A DNA stretch of 55,499 nt from Dehalococcoidales bacterium (GCA_036787005.1 DAIQQC010000001.1:12879-68377), one strand, 5' to 3'; positions 8,150-18,125 are shown, counted from the stretch's first letter. Numbers and translations are program-made. The notes: generated from the sequence alone by a model not told the origin.

Positions 8150-9253
8150 TTGATAATGATTAACAAGAAACAAGAAATGTTGGAGCATAACGATAAGCTT
8201 ATTTATTATGCGCAATACATAAAGCGTAAGTGGCTGATTTTACTTTTCTTAGTACTCGCGGTTTTTGCCATGTCCGTAATTTCCGTAAACGCTGGCTCTT
8301 CTTCTATTGACGTTTGGGAAGTCATAAAAACATTCTTTGGTCTGGGCAGTGAAAAAGCCTCTCTGGTGATATGGCAGATTCGTATGCCGAGGATAATTAT
8401 TGCCATTATTGTAGGTGCAGGCCTTTCCGTGGCCGGCTGCGTCATGCAGAATAATCTTAAAAACCCTCTGGCCTCTCCAGACACTCTAGGTGTATCCGCC
8501 GGGGCGGCTTTCGGAGCCAACCTTGCGATTATCGTGCTTGGAGCGGGTACCATTCTTTATACTGCTGGAGATGCAGTAGCAATTAACAATCCTTACATAG
8601 TAACAATTTGTGCCTTTGTCTGCTCTATGGGGGCCGCAATGATCATTTTAGCCCTGGGGAAAATCAGAGGATTTTCGCCCGAAGCGATTGTGCTGGCCGG
8701 TGTAGCTCTCGGGTCGTTGTTTACGGCAGGAACCACGCTCATTCAATATTTTGCGCCGGACGTAAAAATAGCGGCCGCCATTTTCTGGACTTTCGGGGAC
8801 CTGGGGAGAGTTAGCTGGCATGAGACATTCATCATAATCGCAGTTGTTGTCCTGGCGGCGATTTATTTTATCTTAAAGAGATGGGATTACAACGCCATGG
8901 ATAACGGTGAAGAGACCGCAAAAAGTTTAGGGGTTCGTACCGAACGAACTCGTTTTTTAGGTATGCTGATATCATCATTGGTTACGTCGGTAACCGTTTC
9001 CTTTGTAGGCATGATCGGATTTATTGGATTAATCGGCCCTCATATGATGAGACGAGTAATTGGCACTGACCATAGATTCCTGATTCCTGCATCCATGCTG
9101 GCTGGAGCCGCCGTGCTATTGATTTCTGATACTCTGGCCAGAACAATAATAAAACCGGTAGTTTTACCGGTCGGTGCCATAACATCCATACTCGGAGCAC
9201 CTCTATTCATATATCTCCTGATGAAAGGAATGAAGGAGAGTAGTAGAAGGTGA
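8150..9253 (+). CDS. FecCD/BtuC-family ABC importer permease
   Basis: 367-aa polytopic protein with the typical FecCD pattern (LGVSAGAAFG..., GPHMMRR). It overlaps the ATPase gene by GTGA. Confidence 0.85.
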   Translation: MIMINKKQEMLEHNDKLIYYAQYIKRKWLILLFLVLAVFAMSVISVNAGSSSIDVWEVIKTFFGLGSEKASLVIWQIRMPRIIIAIIVGAGLSVAGCVMQNNLKNPLASPDTLGVSAGAAFGANLAIIVLGAGTILYTAGDAVAINNPYIVTICAFVCSMGAAMIILALGKIRGFSPEAIVLAGVALGSLFTAGTTLIQYFAPDVKIAAAIFWTFGDLGRVSWHETFIIIAVVVLAAIYFILKRWDYNAMDNGEETAKSLGVRTERTRFLGMLISSLVTSVTVSFVGMIGFIGLIGPHMMRRVIGTDHRFLIPASMLAGAAVLLISDTLARTIIKPVVLPVGAITSILGAPLFIYLLMKGMKESSRR

Positions 9254-10002
9254 ACTTAATAATCGAAAATTTATCATTCCAATATCCGAGCCGTAAGGTA
9301 TTAAGCGATATTTCACTTTCCCTTAATAAAGGGGAATGTCTGTCCATACTTGGAACAAACGGAGTCGGCAAATCTACCTTACTAAAATGCATTAACCGGA
9401 TACTCCGGCAGCAAAACGGAAAAGTCATTGTTATGGGAGAAGATGTAAAAAGCTTGAGCGGAAATGACCTGGCAAAACACATCGGATATGTGTCTCAGCG
9501 TAATAACTTTTCAGTGAGCTCGGTATTTGACGCTGTTTTATTGGGCAGAAAGCCATATATCAAATGGGATGTAACCAAACGGGACCTGGAAATTGTGCAT
9601 AACGTCATGAAATCGCTTGGCCTGGAGGATTTTGCCCTGCGGAATGTGGACGAGCTAAGCGGAGGCGAAGCTCAGAAGGTAGCTATAGCCCGGGCGCTGG
9701 CACAGCAATCAGATGTGCTGATGTTTGATGAACCAACGAGTAACCTGGACTTAAAAAACCAGTTAGAGGTAATCAGTATTATTAAAAACATCGTCAAGGA
9801 ACGGCAAATTTCGGCAATCGTAACGATGCATGACCTGAATATGGCTCTCCGTTTTGCCGATAAGTTTTTGTTCTTGAAGGGAGGAAAAATCTTCGATGCA
9901 GGAGATATCCATATCGTCACCGAAGAGAACATCCTAGCTGTATACGGTGTCCCTGTTAAGATTCAGTTTCATCATGATATACCGGTAGTAATACCGGTTT
10001 GA
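9250..10002 (+). CDS. ABC importer ATP-binding protein (FepC/BtuD-like)
   Basis: Walker A GTNGVGKST, signature LSGGEAQ and Walker B LMFDEPTS. Confidence 0.9.
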   Translation: MNLIIENLSFQYPSRKVLSDISLSLNKGECLSILGTNGVGKSTLLKCINRILRQQNGKVIVMGEDVKSLSGNDLAKHIGYVSQRNNFSVSSVFDAVLLGRKPYIKWDVTKRDLEIVHNVMKSLGLEDFALRNVDELSGGEAQKVAIARALAQQSDVLMFDEPTSNLDLKNQLEVISIIKNIVKERQISAIVTMHDLNMALRFADKFLFLKGGKIFDAGDIHIVTEENILAVYGVPVKIQFHHDIPVVIPV

Positions 10003-10026
10003 TAAATAATGGGAGAGAAAATATAG

Positions 10027-11139
10027 ATGGAAAAGAGAATTAGCACGTTACTAGCCGTGTTAATATCGGTGTCTTTGTTACTTGTCGGTTGCAGCACAGG
10101 GGATAGCACTGCCACGAACAATACGGAAAAAGAAATAACAGTAACGGATACCCTCGGCAGAACAGTTACAGTTCCTTCGGACGCACAAAGATTTGTCGCC
10201 ATCGGACCCGGCTGTTTAAGGCTGTACTGCTATGTAGGTGATGTCTCCAAAATAGTCGGCGTCGAGCAGATGGAGGTCACCAGCGGAGTCACCGGAAGGC
10301 CTTATGCCCGGGCAAATGAGGAACTGCTACAACTACCGTTAATCGGACCGGGTGGACCGGGAAACGCACCGGACCCTGAAAAGATATTAGAAGTTAATCC
10401 GGATGTTATTTTTACTCTTTATAATTCGGACGTCGCATCCATAGACGAGCTACAAACTAAGACAAATATTCCCGTGGTTACTCTCTCCTATGGAGTTACC
10501 GCGGTCTTTGACCCTGAGTTAGATAAGTCTCTTGAACTAATTGGCACGATAACCGGGAATGAAGAACGGGCAGCGGAAGTTGTCCAATTTTTCGCTGCAT
10601 GTAAAGAAGACCTGATGAACAGGACAAAAGACATCACGGCTGATAAAAAACCGAGAGTATACCTCGGTGCGCAATCGTCCCGCGGGACGCATGGCATCGA
10701 AAGCACCAGCGGGAATTACGCACTTTTCACCGTGGTCAACGTCAGAAACGTTGTTGATGAGGCGGGAATCAACCAATATGTCATCCTGGATAAAGAAAAA
10801 CTGCTGGATATGGACCCGGAAATTATCTTTATTGATGCCGGCGGCCTGGCCAATGTGCAGGCTGACTACAAGTCCAATCCCCAGTTCTACCAGGGGCTTT
10901 CCGCTTTTAAGACCGGGAAATTGTACATGCAGCTTCCGTTTAATTACTATTCCACAAATATTGATATTGCGCTTTGCGATGCCTATTACATCGGGAGCGT
11001 TGTGTATCCCGAAAAGTTTAGTGATGTGGATATCGTGTTAAAATCAAATGAAATATTCAGAAAACTGCTGGGCAAAGAACTCTATGCCGGAGTTGCAGGA
11101 GAGTATTATGGCGGTTTCCAGCAGTTAAGCTTTGAATAA
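10027..11139 (+). CDS. ABC importer substrate-binding lipoprotein (class 8 PBP; siderophore/heme/cobalamin type)
   Basis: Signal peptide with lipobox LLVGC. The periplasmic-binding pattern (RFVAIGPG...) and the context next to the FecCD permease support the call. Confidence 0.8.
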   Translation: MEKRISTLLAVLISVSLLLVGCSTGDSTATNNTEKEITVTDTLGRTVTVPSDAQRFVAIGPGCLRLYCYVGDVSKIVGVEQMEVTSGVTGRPYARANEELLQLPLIGPGGPGNAPDPEKILEVNPDVIFTLYNSDVASIDELQTKTNIPVVTLSYGVTAVFDPELDKSLELIGTITGNEERAAEVVQFFAACKEDLMNRTKDITADKKPRVYLGAQSSRGTHGIESTSGNYALFTVVNVRNVVDEAGINQYVILDKEKLLDMDPEIIFIDAGGLANVQADYKSNPQFYQGLSAFKTGKLYMQLPFNYYSTNIDIALCDAYYIGSVVYPEKFSDVDIVLKSNEIFRKLLGKELYAGVAGEYYGGFQQLSFE

Positions 11140-11302
11140 ATGTATTCGTTTGCTAATAGAATCTCGGAACGAGGGGGATTTCCTGACTCCCCTTCACCTC
11201 TCTCTATCGCTTAAGAGTGTACACTGAAAACGGCATGATGTTAGGACAGAATAATCTTCCCTTTGGCATCTTTTCGGTAGTTATAAACAGGATGGTTATC
11301 AT

Positions 11303-11845
11303 ATGAAACAACCTGAAAAAAGTAGAGCAAAAAAGAAACCCGAAATTATAAAGTTAAGACCGGTGGGAGTGGTCAAGAACCAGTTTCAGGAGGCAAGCCG
11401 GGGTGACAGGTATCAGGCTTTAACATGGCAGGACAGGGCTACCAGGATGAAGGCGCAGAGCCAGTCTATATCTGAACTCATCATCGATCCTGACCTCAAA
11501 GGTATTCTCGATGGCATTGATGATTTCTCGCACTTAATGGTACTTTACTGGTCACATCTGATTCCGGAGGGAAAGCGCCGGGTGATGAAGGTACACCCAC
11601 TAGGAAGTAAAGCTTTTCCCCTGGTCGGTATTTTTGCCACACATAGCCCCGCACGGCCGAATAGCATCCTGGTCACCGTGGTGCATCTGATAAGCCGCGA
11701 GGGTAATATTATTAAGGTAACCGGTCTAGACGCTTTAAACGGTAGTCCTATATTGGATATTAAGCCCTACATCCCTGACCACCATGAATTAGAAGATGTC
11801 AGGATGCCCGACTGGATGAAGAAGATGCACGAAGTGTTCCAGTAA
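11303..11845 (+). CDS. TrmO/TsaA-like (YaeB family) domain protein
   Basis: FSHLMVLYW...HSPARPNSILVTVV...LDALNGSPILDIKPY is the UPF0066/TsaA-like signature. Confidence 0.75.
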   Translation: MKQPEKSRAKKKPEIIKLRPVGVVKNQFQEASRGDRYQALTWQDRATRMKAQSQSISELIIDPDLKGILDGIDDFSHLMVLYWSHLIPEGKRRVMKVHPLGSKAFPLVGIFATHSPARPNSILVTVVHLISREGNIIKVTGLDALNGSPILDIKPYIPDHHELEDVRMPDWMKKMHEVFQ

Positions 11846-11899
11846 TTCGGATTTAATGTGCCATCAAACATCTAATACGCGCCCAAGCGGCATAACCAG

Positions 11900-12345
11900 G
11901 GCAGTGTCTGGACTGGCAAAGAGAACAATCTCCTGGAAACGCTGTGATGAGAAGTATCTTTTAAAGCCGTTGCGCAGGCACAGGAGCTTTGCAAGGGAGG
12001 GATTCCTTTCTCTGAAATCGCCACAAAGCCAAACCGTACTCACGAATCGATTGTGTAGCGGGCGATATCTAAAAAGTGGTGTGTTCCATCTCAGGCTACG
12101 AAAAAGGAAAAGTCGGTTGTATGGAAAACTGTGGATCAGGACTTTAAGGTTTTCCAAGGAGACCCCTCTCCAAGACTATCCGTAGAAAACCTTGAAGTCA
12201 TGTTATGCCTTCTCGCGAAAACACTTCCATCGTTGCGGCTGCTTCAAGAACACTTGGGGCATGCCAGTTAAAACACGACAGTCAAGTATCGAAAGATAGC
12301 CGATGAAGAGCATTGCGAATGGTTCGAACACGCCTGTCGAGGAAA
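11900..12345 (+). pseudogene. degraded tyrosine recombinase/integrase
   Basis: Pieces resembling an integrase catalytic domain lie in different frames: ...VFHLRLRKRKSRLYGKLW... and LLQEHLGHAS*NTTVKYRKIADEE (box II LGH...Y). There is an in-frame TAA and at least one frameshift. Boundaries are approximate. Confidence 0.55.
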
Positions 12346-12552
12346 AACGCTCAGCAAACTGTTAGGTAACAATTCAAGCAATTGTGACTCAACAATATAC
12401 TTTTTTGTTACCTAATATACTCTCGGAAATACAGTACGCCGAGCGTCTTGACTTATGTAATCTCTGGTTATACACTAAAGCAGCATCTGGTGGGAGGTGC
12501 TTATGATGAAGTGCCGGAAATGCCAGACTGAGAATGCTGAGGGAGCCGAGAG

Positions 12553-12938
12553 GGGGATATCGTTGATATTGAGGTAACACCTAATGACCTAGGTATTCTG
12601 TACCCCAATCGGGGGTTCATCACCCACAGCAACCACTTCTATGCGGAGAGGTTCAAACCGCACGATATGATTAGCACCATCTACCCCGATTCCGTAATAC
12701 GCTCCCAGAGACTGGCTAACCTGATGGAAGAGCGTTGGGGCCGGCTCTCCGTGATGTCATGAAGGAGCTTTTGCAGCACAATAACCACCCCGAGTCCATC
12801 TGCCGGCATATCGACCCCGAGGTTCCTGAGGTGTTATAGATGAAGACCACCGCCAGCATCATCAGCCACCCCAAGGAGCAGAAGAGGTACATCGCTTGGG
12901 GTAATCCCTGCGAGAACGAGTACCTGGAGTACCAGATT
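12553..12938 (+). pseudogene. C-terminal fragment of a C45-family peptidase paralog (frameshift plus in-frame TAG; catalytic N-terminal two thirds missing)
   Basis: GDIVDIEVTPNDLGILYPNRGFITHSNHFYAERFK...DVMKELLQHNNHPESICRH...TTASIISHPKEQKRYIAWGNPCENEYLEYQI aligns block by block with the C-termini of 20517-21572 and 33593-34654. Confidence 0.7.
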
Positions 12939-12953
12939 ATAGGAGGGCGCACC

Positions 12954-13781
12954 ATGTTTAAGGAGTATGACCTCAAGGGCAAGGTAGCCATCGTCACGGG
13001 GGCAGGTAGTGGTGTCGGAAGGAGCATAGCCCTGACTTTCGCCGAGGCTGGTGTGGATGTCGCAGTAGCGGCCCGGACGAAAGAGAAACTGGATAAAACG
13101 GCCGAGGTAATACGTAGTCTGGGCCACAAGGCCCTGGTCATAACGGCGGATGTTACCAAGAAAACGGACGTGCAGAGCGTGGTCGCTCAGACCCTGAAGA
13201 CGTTCGGCAAGATTGATATAATGGTCAATAACGCCGGAATCGTTATCCTTAAGCCGATAGTCTACGTGCCGGGCATGAAGTTGGAAGGCTGGGGGGTGGC
13301 CGACAGCTGGGACACTCCCTTAAGCGAGAAGGAATGGCATCAGGTGCTGGACACGAATTTGACCAGCGCCTTCCTCTTCGCCCAGGCGATAGGACCCTAT
13401 ATGCTAGAGCGAAAGGAGGGTAGGATAATCAACATCAGCTCCAACAGCGCCGAGCTGTCCCCGCCTTATTTCTCCTCCTACTGCGTCAGCAAGGCCGCTT
13501 TAAGCATGTTTACTCGCTGTTTGGCCACTGAGTGGGGGGCCTACAATGTCACCGTCAACGCTATCGCGCCCGGCAGTGTGCTCACCGACCTCAGCGCCCC
13601 TGTACTCAAAGACGCCGAGAGAAAAGAGAGGATACTCAAGGCCGTGCCCCTGCAGCGGTTGGCGGAGCCCAGAGAAATAGGCCTGATGGCGGTTTATCTG
13701 GCCTCAGATGCTGCCGCCTACGTGACCGGCCAGACCTTTTTAATTGACGGCGGGCAGGTCACCCGGGGTAACGGCTTCTAG
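12954..13781 (+). CDS. SDR family oxidoreductase
   Basis: TGAGSGVGRS is the cofactor motif and YCVSKAA is the YxxxK motif. ATG at 12954 follows AGGAGGG. The ORF-track start at 12840 merely annexes the C45 pseudogene tail. Confidence 0.85.
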   Translation: MFKEYDLKGKVAIVTGAGSGVGRSIALTFAEAGVDVAVAARTKEKLDKTAEVIRSLGHKALVITADVTKKTDVQSVVAQTLKTFGKIDIMVNNAGIVILKPIVYVPGMKLEGWGVADSWDTPLSEKEWHQVLDTNLTSAFLFAQAIGPYMLERKEGRIINISSNSAELSPPYFSSYCVSKAALSMFTRCLATEWGAYNVTVNAIAPGSVLTDLSAPVLKDAERKERILKAVPLQRLAEPREIGLMAVYLASDAAAYVTGQTFLIDGGQVTRGNGF

Positions 13782-14105
13782 CTGCAGTACTGGCTAGAAC
13801 AACAACCTATTTATTGCCAGGCACCTACTTTACTGTATCGGAACTATCTCATCTTAGAGTACACGTTTTTTTTATTGTGAGCCTATGAGCTATAAAAGCG
13901 ACAAGCCTTATGGAGAATAGTCATCTGCATAGGATATAGTGCCAGAGCCTGCTATGTCCATAAATGCCGAGCACCTCTCTCTGACGGAGTCCCATAACCT
14001 AACTGAGTGTGTGGTTACGAGAGACTGGTTACCTACATCACTCAGTGTGCTACATACTACCTGCGCTCAAATGATACCCTGTGTTTGTCCGCAGAGTACG
14101 AAGGA

Positions 14106-15923
14106 TTAAAGCTTACTAGCATCATAGACAATTTTACCGCCAACGATAGTGATTAAATTTTGTATATCGCCTATATCCATCGTGTCAATGGTCAGTATAT
14201 TTATGTCCAGAATGCAGAAGTCAGCTAGCTTGCCTACCTCGATAGAGCCCTTAATATTCTCCATATGGTCTAGCCAGGCACCCTCAATGGTGTACATGCG
14301 GATGGCTTGCTCCACGCTAAGCCCTTGGAAAATAGCCCCCTGTATCCCCAGTTTCCAGTCTGGCCCGGCACAAGGAACATCAGAACTGCCGGCGACATGG
14401 ACCCCAGCATCAATCAGCCCTTTTAGCGGTGACGCCATTGGTTCTCCTAGCATGCCTGGCATACCTTGCTCATCCGACATATCGCCGCCGGTAAAGAATC
14501 GCATGAACTCAAGCATCATCCCCAGCTGTGGCGAGACGCCGACACCAAACTCAGCCATGCTTTTTGCCTTGCCCACTGATATAGAGCCGCCATGTATGAC
14601 ATAGTGGCGCAGGCCCTTGGGGTTATCACGCTCAGCCTTGATGAAGGCGTCGGCGCAGACGTCAGCAGCCCTGTCGCCGATAGCATGAATACCCACCCGC
14701 CAGCCGAGGTTGTGGGCATAGGCGATGATATCCGCTAGCGCCTGGATGCGTTCCTTATCGGTATTCCCGGGAGAATTCAGAGTCCCGTAGGTGCCGTCGG
14801 GGTACGGCTCATAGTTCCAGGAGGTCTGCATCATCGGGTTGCCGTCAGCGAAGAACTTGGTGCCGGCTATTCTCAGCCACTCGTTATCGGGGCCGCTATG
14901 CATATCGGCGGAGGCTAGGCTTTTTTGCATTTCGTCAATATTGCAGGTATTGTAAGGGGTAAAGACCATCAAAATGCCGACTCGCATCGTCAGCTTGCCC
15001 TCATTGTAGATTTCTTGGTAGGCGCGGATACACTCATCATCCCAGATCCCCTGATAGTCCCCGCGTGTGCCGGGCCCCAGGGCGCCGTCGGTAATGCTGG
15101 TTATCCCCAGTCTATTAAGGTCACGTATAGCGGCCAGAGCTGCTTGTTTTTTATCTTCTAAGTTGTAGGCAGGAAGTGCTTTTTTTACTACCAGATCCAT
15201 AGACATGCCTTTTAGTAGCCCGGTAGGTTCTCCAGTCTCCCAGTTTTTGACAATCTCTCCTATCGCAGGGAACGGAGTATCCTTGGTGATGCCAACAATC
15301 TCCATCGCCTTACTATTAAGTAAGTCAACTGGTGGTAAAAAGCTAAAGTAACCGACAGTTAGACAGACCGGATTATCCGGAGATACCGGATCTAGATCCC
15401 AACGTGTTGGGAGTCTGACTGGATATTGCTTGGATTCCTCAATAGTATTTAAATTTAGGCCTACACCAATGATCCACCTGCCTCGTTCAATTGTCTGAGC
15501 CTTGTTCTCTACAGCGCTCACGATATCCGCAATTGTCTTTATGTTTGGGTCGGTAAGGTCAATGACCAAGGGAGGTTTTTCACTGCCGAATAGAGTGCTG
15601 TGAACGTGGGTGTCATTGATACCCGGAAGCATCGTTTTCCCTTTGAGGTTCAGAACCTTCGTATTCTTGCCGACTAACGCTTCAATCTCCTCATCCGTAC
15701 CAACGGCGATAATTTTGTCGCCTTTCACCGCCACCGCCTGCGCGATAGAGAAGCTTTTGTCAACCGTGACTACCTTGCCATTGTAGATGACCAAATCAGC
15801 CGCTTGCTCTTCAGGAATATTCGCCGGTGACAGCCCTCTATCGCAGGATGTCATCAGGGGTAGAGAGATTAAAAGCAGGGCCATGAGAAGACCAAGGAAT
15901 GGTACAACCACTCTGTTTTTCAT
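14106..15923 (-). CDS. amidohydrolase-3 (YtcJ-like) metal-dependent hydrolase, exported lipoprotein
   Basis: DLVIYNGKVVTVD...PGINDTHVH is the metal motif, with HAIGD and HG.. further along. The N-terminus MKNRVVVPFLGLLMALLLISLPLMTSC is a signal peptide plus lipobox. ATG at 15923 follows AGGAGGGA. Confidence 0.85.
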   Translation of the reverse strand: MKNRVVVPFLGLLMALLLISLPLMTSCDRGLSPANIPEEQAADLVIYNGKVVTVDKSFSIAQAVAVKGDKIIAVGTDEEIEALVGKNTKVLNLKGKTMLPGINDTHVHSTLFGSEKPPLVIDLTDPNIKTIADIVSAVENKAQTIERGRWIIGVGLNLNTIEESKQYPVRLPTRWDLDPVSPDNPVCLTVGYFSFLPPVDLLNSKAMEIVGITKDTPFPAIGEIVKNWETGEPTGLLKGMSMDLVVKKALPAYNLEDKKQAALAAIRDLNRLGITSITDGALGPGTRGDYQGIWDDECIRAYQEIYNEGKLTMRVGILMVFTPYNTCNIDEMQKSLASADMHSGPDNEWLRIAGTKFFADGNPMMQTSWNYEPYPDGTYGTLNSPGNTDKERIQALADIIAYAHNLGWRVGIHAIGDRAADVCADAFIKAERDNPKGLRHYVIHGGSISVGKAKSMAEFGVGVSPQLGMMLEFMRFFTGGDMSDEQGMPGMLGEPMASPLKGLIDAGVHVAGSSDVPCAGPDWKLGIQGAIFQGLSVEQAIRMYTIEGAWLDHMENIKGSIEVGKLADFCILDINILTIDTMDIGDIQNLITIVGGKIVYDASKL

Positions 15924-16055
15924 CGCATCCCTCCTTCGGTTCAGTGAACGACGGTTTATTGGTGCATCGTCAGTATTTATAGCGAAACCCATGGGCAATT
16001 TAGTTAATTGAATCCTTTTTGTCAGGTCAAGTGGTTATATTATAGCTGTTATCGC

Positions 16056-16646
16056 TTAGTGGCCCTCATGGGGAACGTCATACCTCGGGGTGAGTGCAAT
16101 AATCACCATGGTGATGGTTTTGTCTACCTTCTTGAAGTTGAGGGGGCAATGCGACATGCCTTTGGGGAAGAAGAGCACCGTGGGGGAGGTGATAACGTAC
16201 TTTTCCTGATCCTTACCCTGGCCGATATAAATTTCAATCTCGGCATCGAAATCCGAGATGTCCTGTGGGTCAGAGCCGAAGAACATCATGAATTCCTCAA
16301 AGTCGTGTGAGTGTGGAAAGGGAACCATATACACGGGCTTGGTGATGAAGCGATATATGAAGCGGCAATTGGCATTTTCGTAGTTTTCCCCTTGCAGGTC
16401 TATCCACGGCCCGTGTATCGGCCCCGGCTCTATTGGTAGCGGGGTCACATACTTAGCGTACTTTCCGGCTGTCGTCACTCCGTTAGTCTCCTCATTGGCC
16501 GAGGCCGTAGGTGCCTTCACCGGCACTGCTGCCGGTTCTGTTGTCGGCACGGGGGTCGCGGTACAGCCAGTGAAGATGCTTACTGATAGCGCCAGTACCA
16601 GAACCCCTGCCAGCAAAATACTTACCAACTTCTTTTTATTTTTCAT
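16056..16646 (-). CDS. exported lipoprotein carrying the recurrent small-cupin domain (paralog 1 of 4)
   Basis: Signal peptide plus lipobox (IFTGC), then a Thr/Pro/Ala-rich linker, then the domain starting GKYAKYV... with PHSHDFEEFMMFFGS and FFPKGMSHCPLNF, which match cupin motifs 1 and 2. Confidence 0.75.
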   Translation of the reverse strand: MKNKKKLVSILLAGVLVLALSVSIFTGCTATPVPTTEPAAVPVKAPTASANEETNGVTTAGKYAKYVTPLPIEPGPIHGPWIDLQGENYENANCRFIYRFITKPVYMVPFPHSHDFEEFMMFFGSDPQDISDFDAEIEIYIGQGKDQEKYVITSPTVLFFPKGMSHCPLNFKKVDKTITMVIIALTPRYDVPHEGH

Positions 16647-16905
16647 TTGATTCCTCTATTTGCCCTATTCTACTACTGTCCAGGCCCGATTAACAGAGCC
16701 AACAACGGACGCTGCGATAATGGCGCCAGTGACGGGATAATGGTGGCACGGGGAGACCAACAAAGAAAAGAATTAGAGAAGAAGTCCGCTGTTATTATTC
16801 CCGAAAAAACTCTAAAAATGCTCGAAGGTCTCTGGAGTCTACTTAACAAGCTCGCCAAGGATGAAATCGATCTTACAAAAGGAATGCGCAACACTAATGA
16901 TGATG

Positions 16906-17967
16906 TCAAACTCCAATGAACTGACCCCTATCGAGATAATTCATGACGAGTGTCGTGACAAACACCGACATGCTCGCCATCAGCATCACCGCCTGGTCAT
17001 TTTCCATTTTTAGCTCAAGGAGTCGGACGCGCTCCAGAAGTTCATCGACCAAGGCAATCAGAGTCTGCCGTTCTACACCTGTCCAAAAGTGAAGATCTCG
17101 AACCAGTTTTTGGCGATTGGCTCGAAGTATATCTACCGCGAGTTTTCCCTCTACTGCCGGAAAAAGTCTTTTTAAATCTTCGTTCAGAATTGGATGAAGG
17201 ACGACCCGGCAGCGTTTCTTCTGTTTCCTATACCAGGCATCCAGGGTCATCGTCATCTCTTCTATGGGCATATCTAGCTTACCTCTGGTTACGACCGCCT
17301 GTTTATTTACATACCTCCCCACCGTCTTGTCAACGTATAACAGTTTGGTCAAAGCAGGAGTGCCTCCGTACCGTTTCCGCCAATCTGAACCGGGGGTGAG
17401 CCACACTGAAAAGGTTTCAGCGAAATCATCGTCGGGATGCTTCTGAACATACCATCCCGGCATATGACGCACAAATCGGGCGCTAAAAGGTATTACCTTA
17501 TACTGTTCTTTGTAGGGCAAGGAGAATCGACCGAAGAGCTTGCGCCACTTTAGACTTTTGTAAAGGCGGTAGGCGTAGTTGAAGGCGTGACCGGCCTCGT
17601 GCCGGAGTATCATCATCACTTCCGCATCGGCTTCGGGTTCGATACCTGTCAGCCGGCCTTTGAGGCTACGCAGCTTAGAATCGACCATGTAGAATGGTAT
17701 GCCAATTACAGGGACTCGATTAGGGCAACCCCACCCCTCCGATAGATAGGTTTCTGGCCTGATAGAAATTCCAGCGCTTGCCAACTCCTGGTAGAGCTGG
17801 AGGACCAGCCTTTCAACTGGAGTACCATCAATCTTGAGAGCAAGTTCGTTAATTCTCTTTGATAGTAGTCCTTGCTCCGGGGTGTCTGCCATACTCATAC
17901 GTACCGCATCTCTGAATAAATGACAGGTCTTCGCTTTCCTGGTTTCATTATAGTCCTCTTTATTCAT
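16906..17967 (-). CDS. putative zinc metallopeptidase (Peptidase_Mx-like)
   Basis: HEAGH is an HExxH motif in MMILRHEAGHAFNYAY. A downstream DDDFAETFSVWL block is present. Confidence 0.6.
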   Translation of the reverse strand: MNKEDYNETRKAKTCHLFRDAVRMSMADTPEQGLLSKRINELALKIDGTPVERLVLQLYQELASAGISIRPETYLSEGWGCPNRVPVIGIPFYMVDSKLRSLKGRLTGIEPEADAEVMMILRHEAGHAFNYAYRLYKSLKWRKLFGRFSLPYKEQYKVIPFSARFVRHMPGWYVQKHPDDDFAETFSVWLTPGSDWRKRYGGTPALTKLLYVDKTVGRYVNKQAVVTRGKLDMPIEEMTMTLDAWYRKQKKRCRVVLHPILNEDLKRLFPAVEGKLAVDILRANRQKLVRDLHFWTGVERQTLIALVDELLERVRLLELKMENDQAVMLMASMSVFVTTLVMNYLDRGQFIGV

Positions 17968-18125
17968 TCAGAGAAAGCAAACTAAGGAATGAATTCCTGA
18001 ATCTTCAGGTCTTTTCTATTTTGGCAGAAATCAGGATATTGATTTAAAAGTGTAGAGTAAAGTACAATAAATTACGACCGCAGGTTAGTAAGCACAAGAG
18101 GCGATAGAAGAGAAAGGTGCGAACC

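Noticed and set aside
11856-12185. 109-aa plus-strand and 97-aa minus-strand ORFs called in the track
   Set aside because: The plus-strand ORF is one frame of the decayed integrase. The minus-strand ORF has no motif or RBS. Neither is likely to be a functional gene.
12840-12953. N-terminal 38 codons of the ORF-track SDR (MKTTASIISHPKEQ...)
   Set aside because: This stretch is homologous to the C-terminus of the C45 peptidases and follows that pseudogene's in-frame TAG. The SDR fold begins at MFKEYDLKGKVAIVTGAGSG, whose start has its own AGGAGGG RBS.
13782-14105. 8-bp inverted repeat ACTGAGTG...CACTCAGT and other small palindromes in the SDR/amidohydrolase convergent gap
   Set aside because: The stem is short with a long unstructured loop and has no U-tract. 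There is no second copy elsewhere in the window, so it is not distinguishable from chance.
16647-16919. 90-aa plus-strand ORF in the gap between the Peptidase_Mx-like and cupin lipoprotein genes
   Set aside because: It has no RBS and no recognisable motif, and it overlaps the 3' end of the minus-strand peptidase gene. The region more plausibly carries the promoter for the cupin-amidohydrolase pair.
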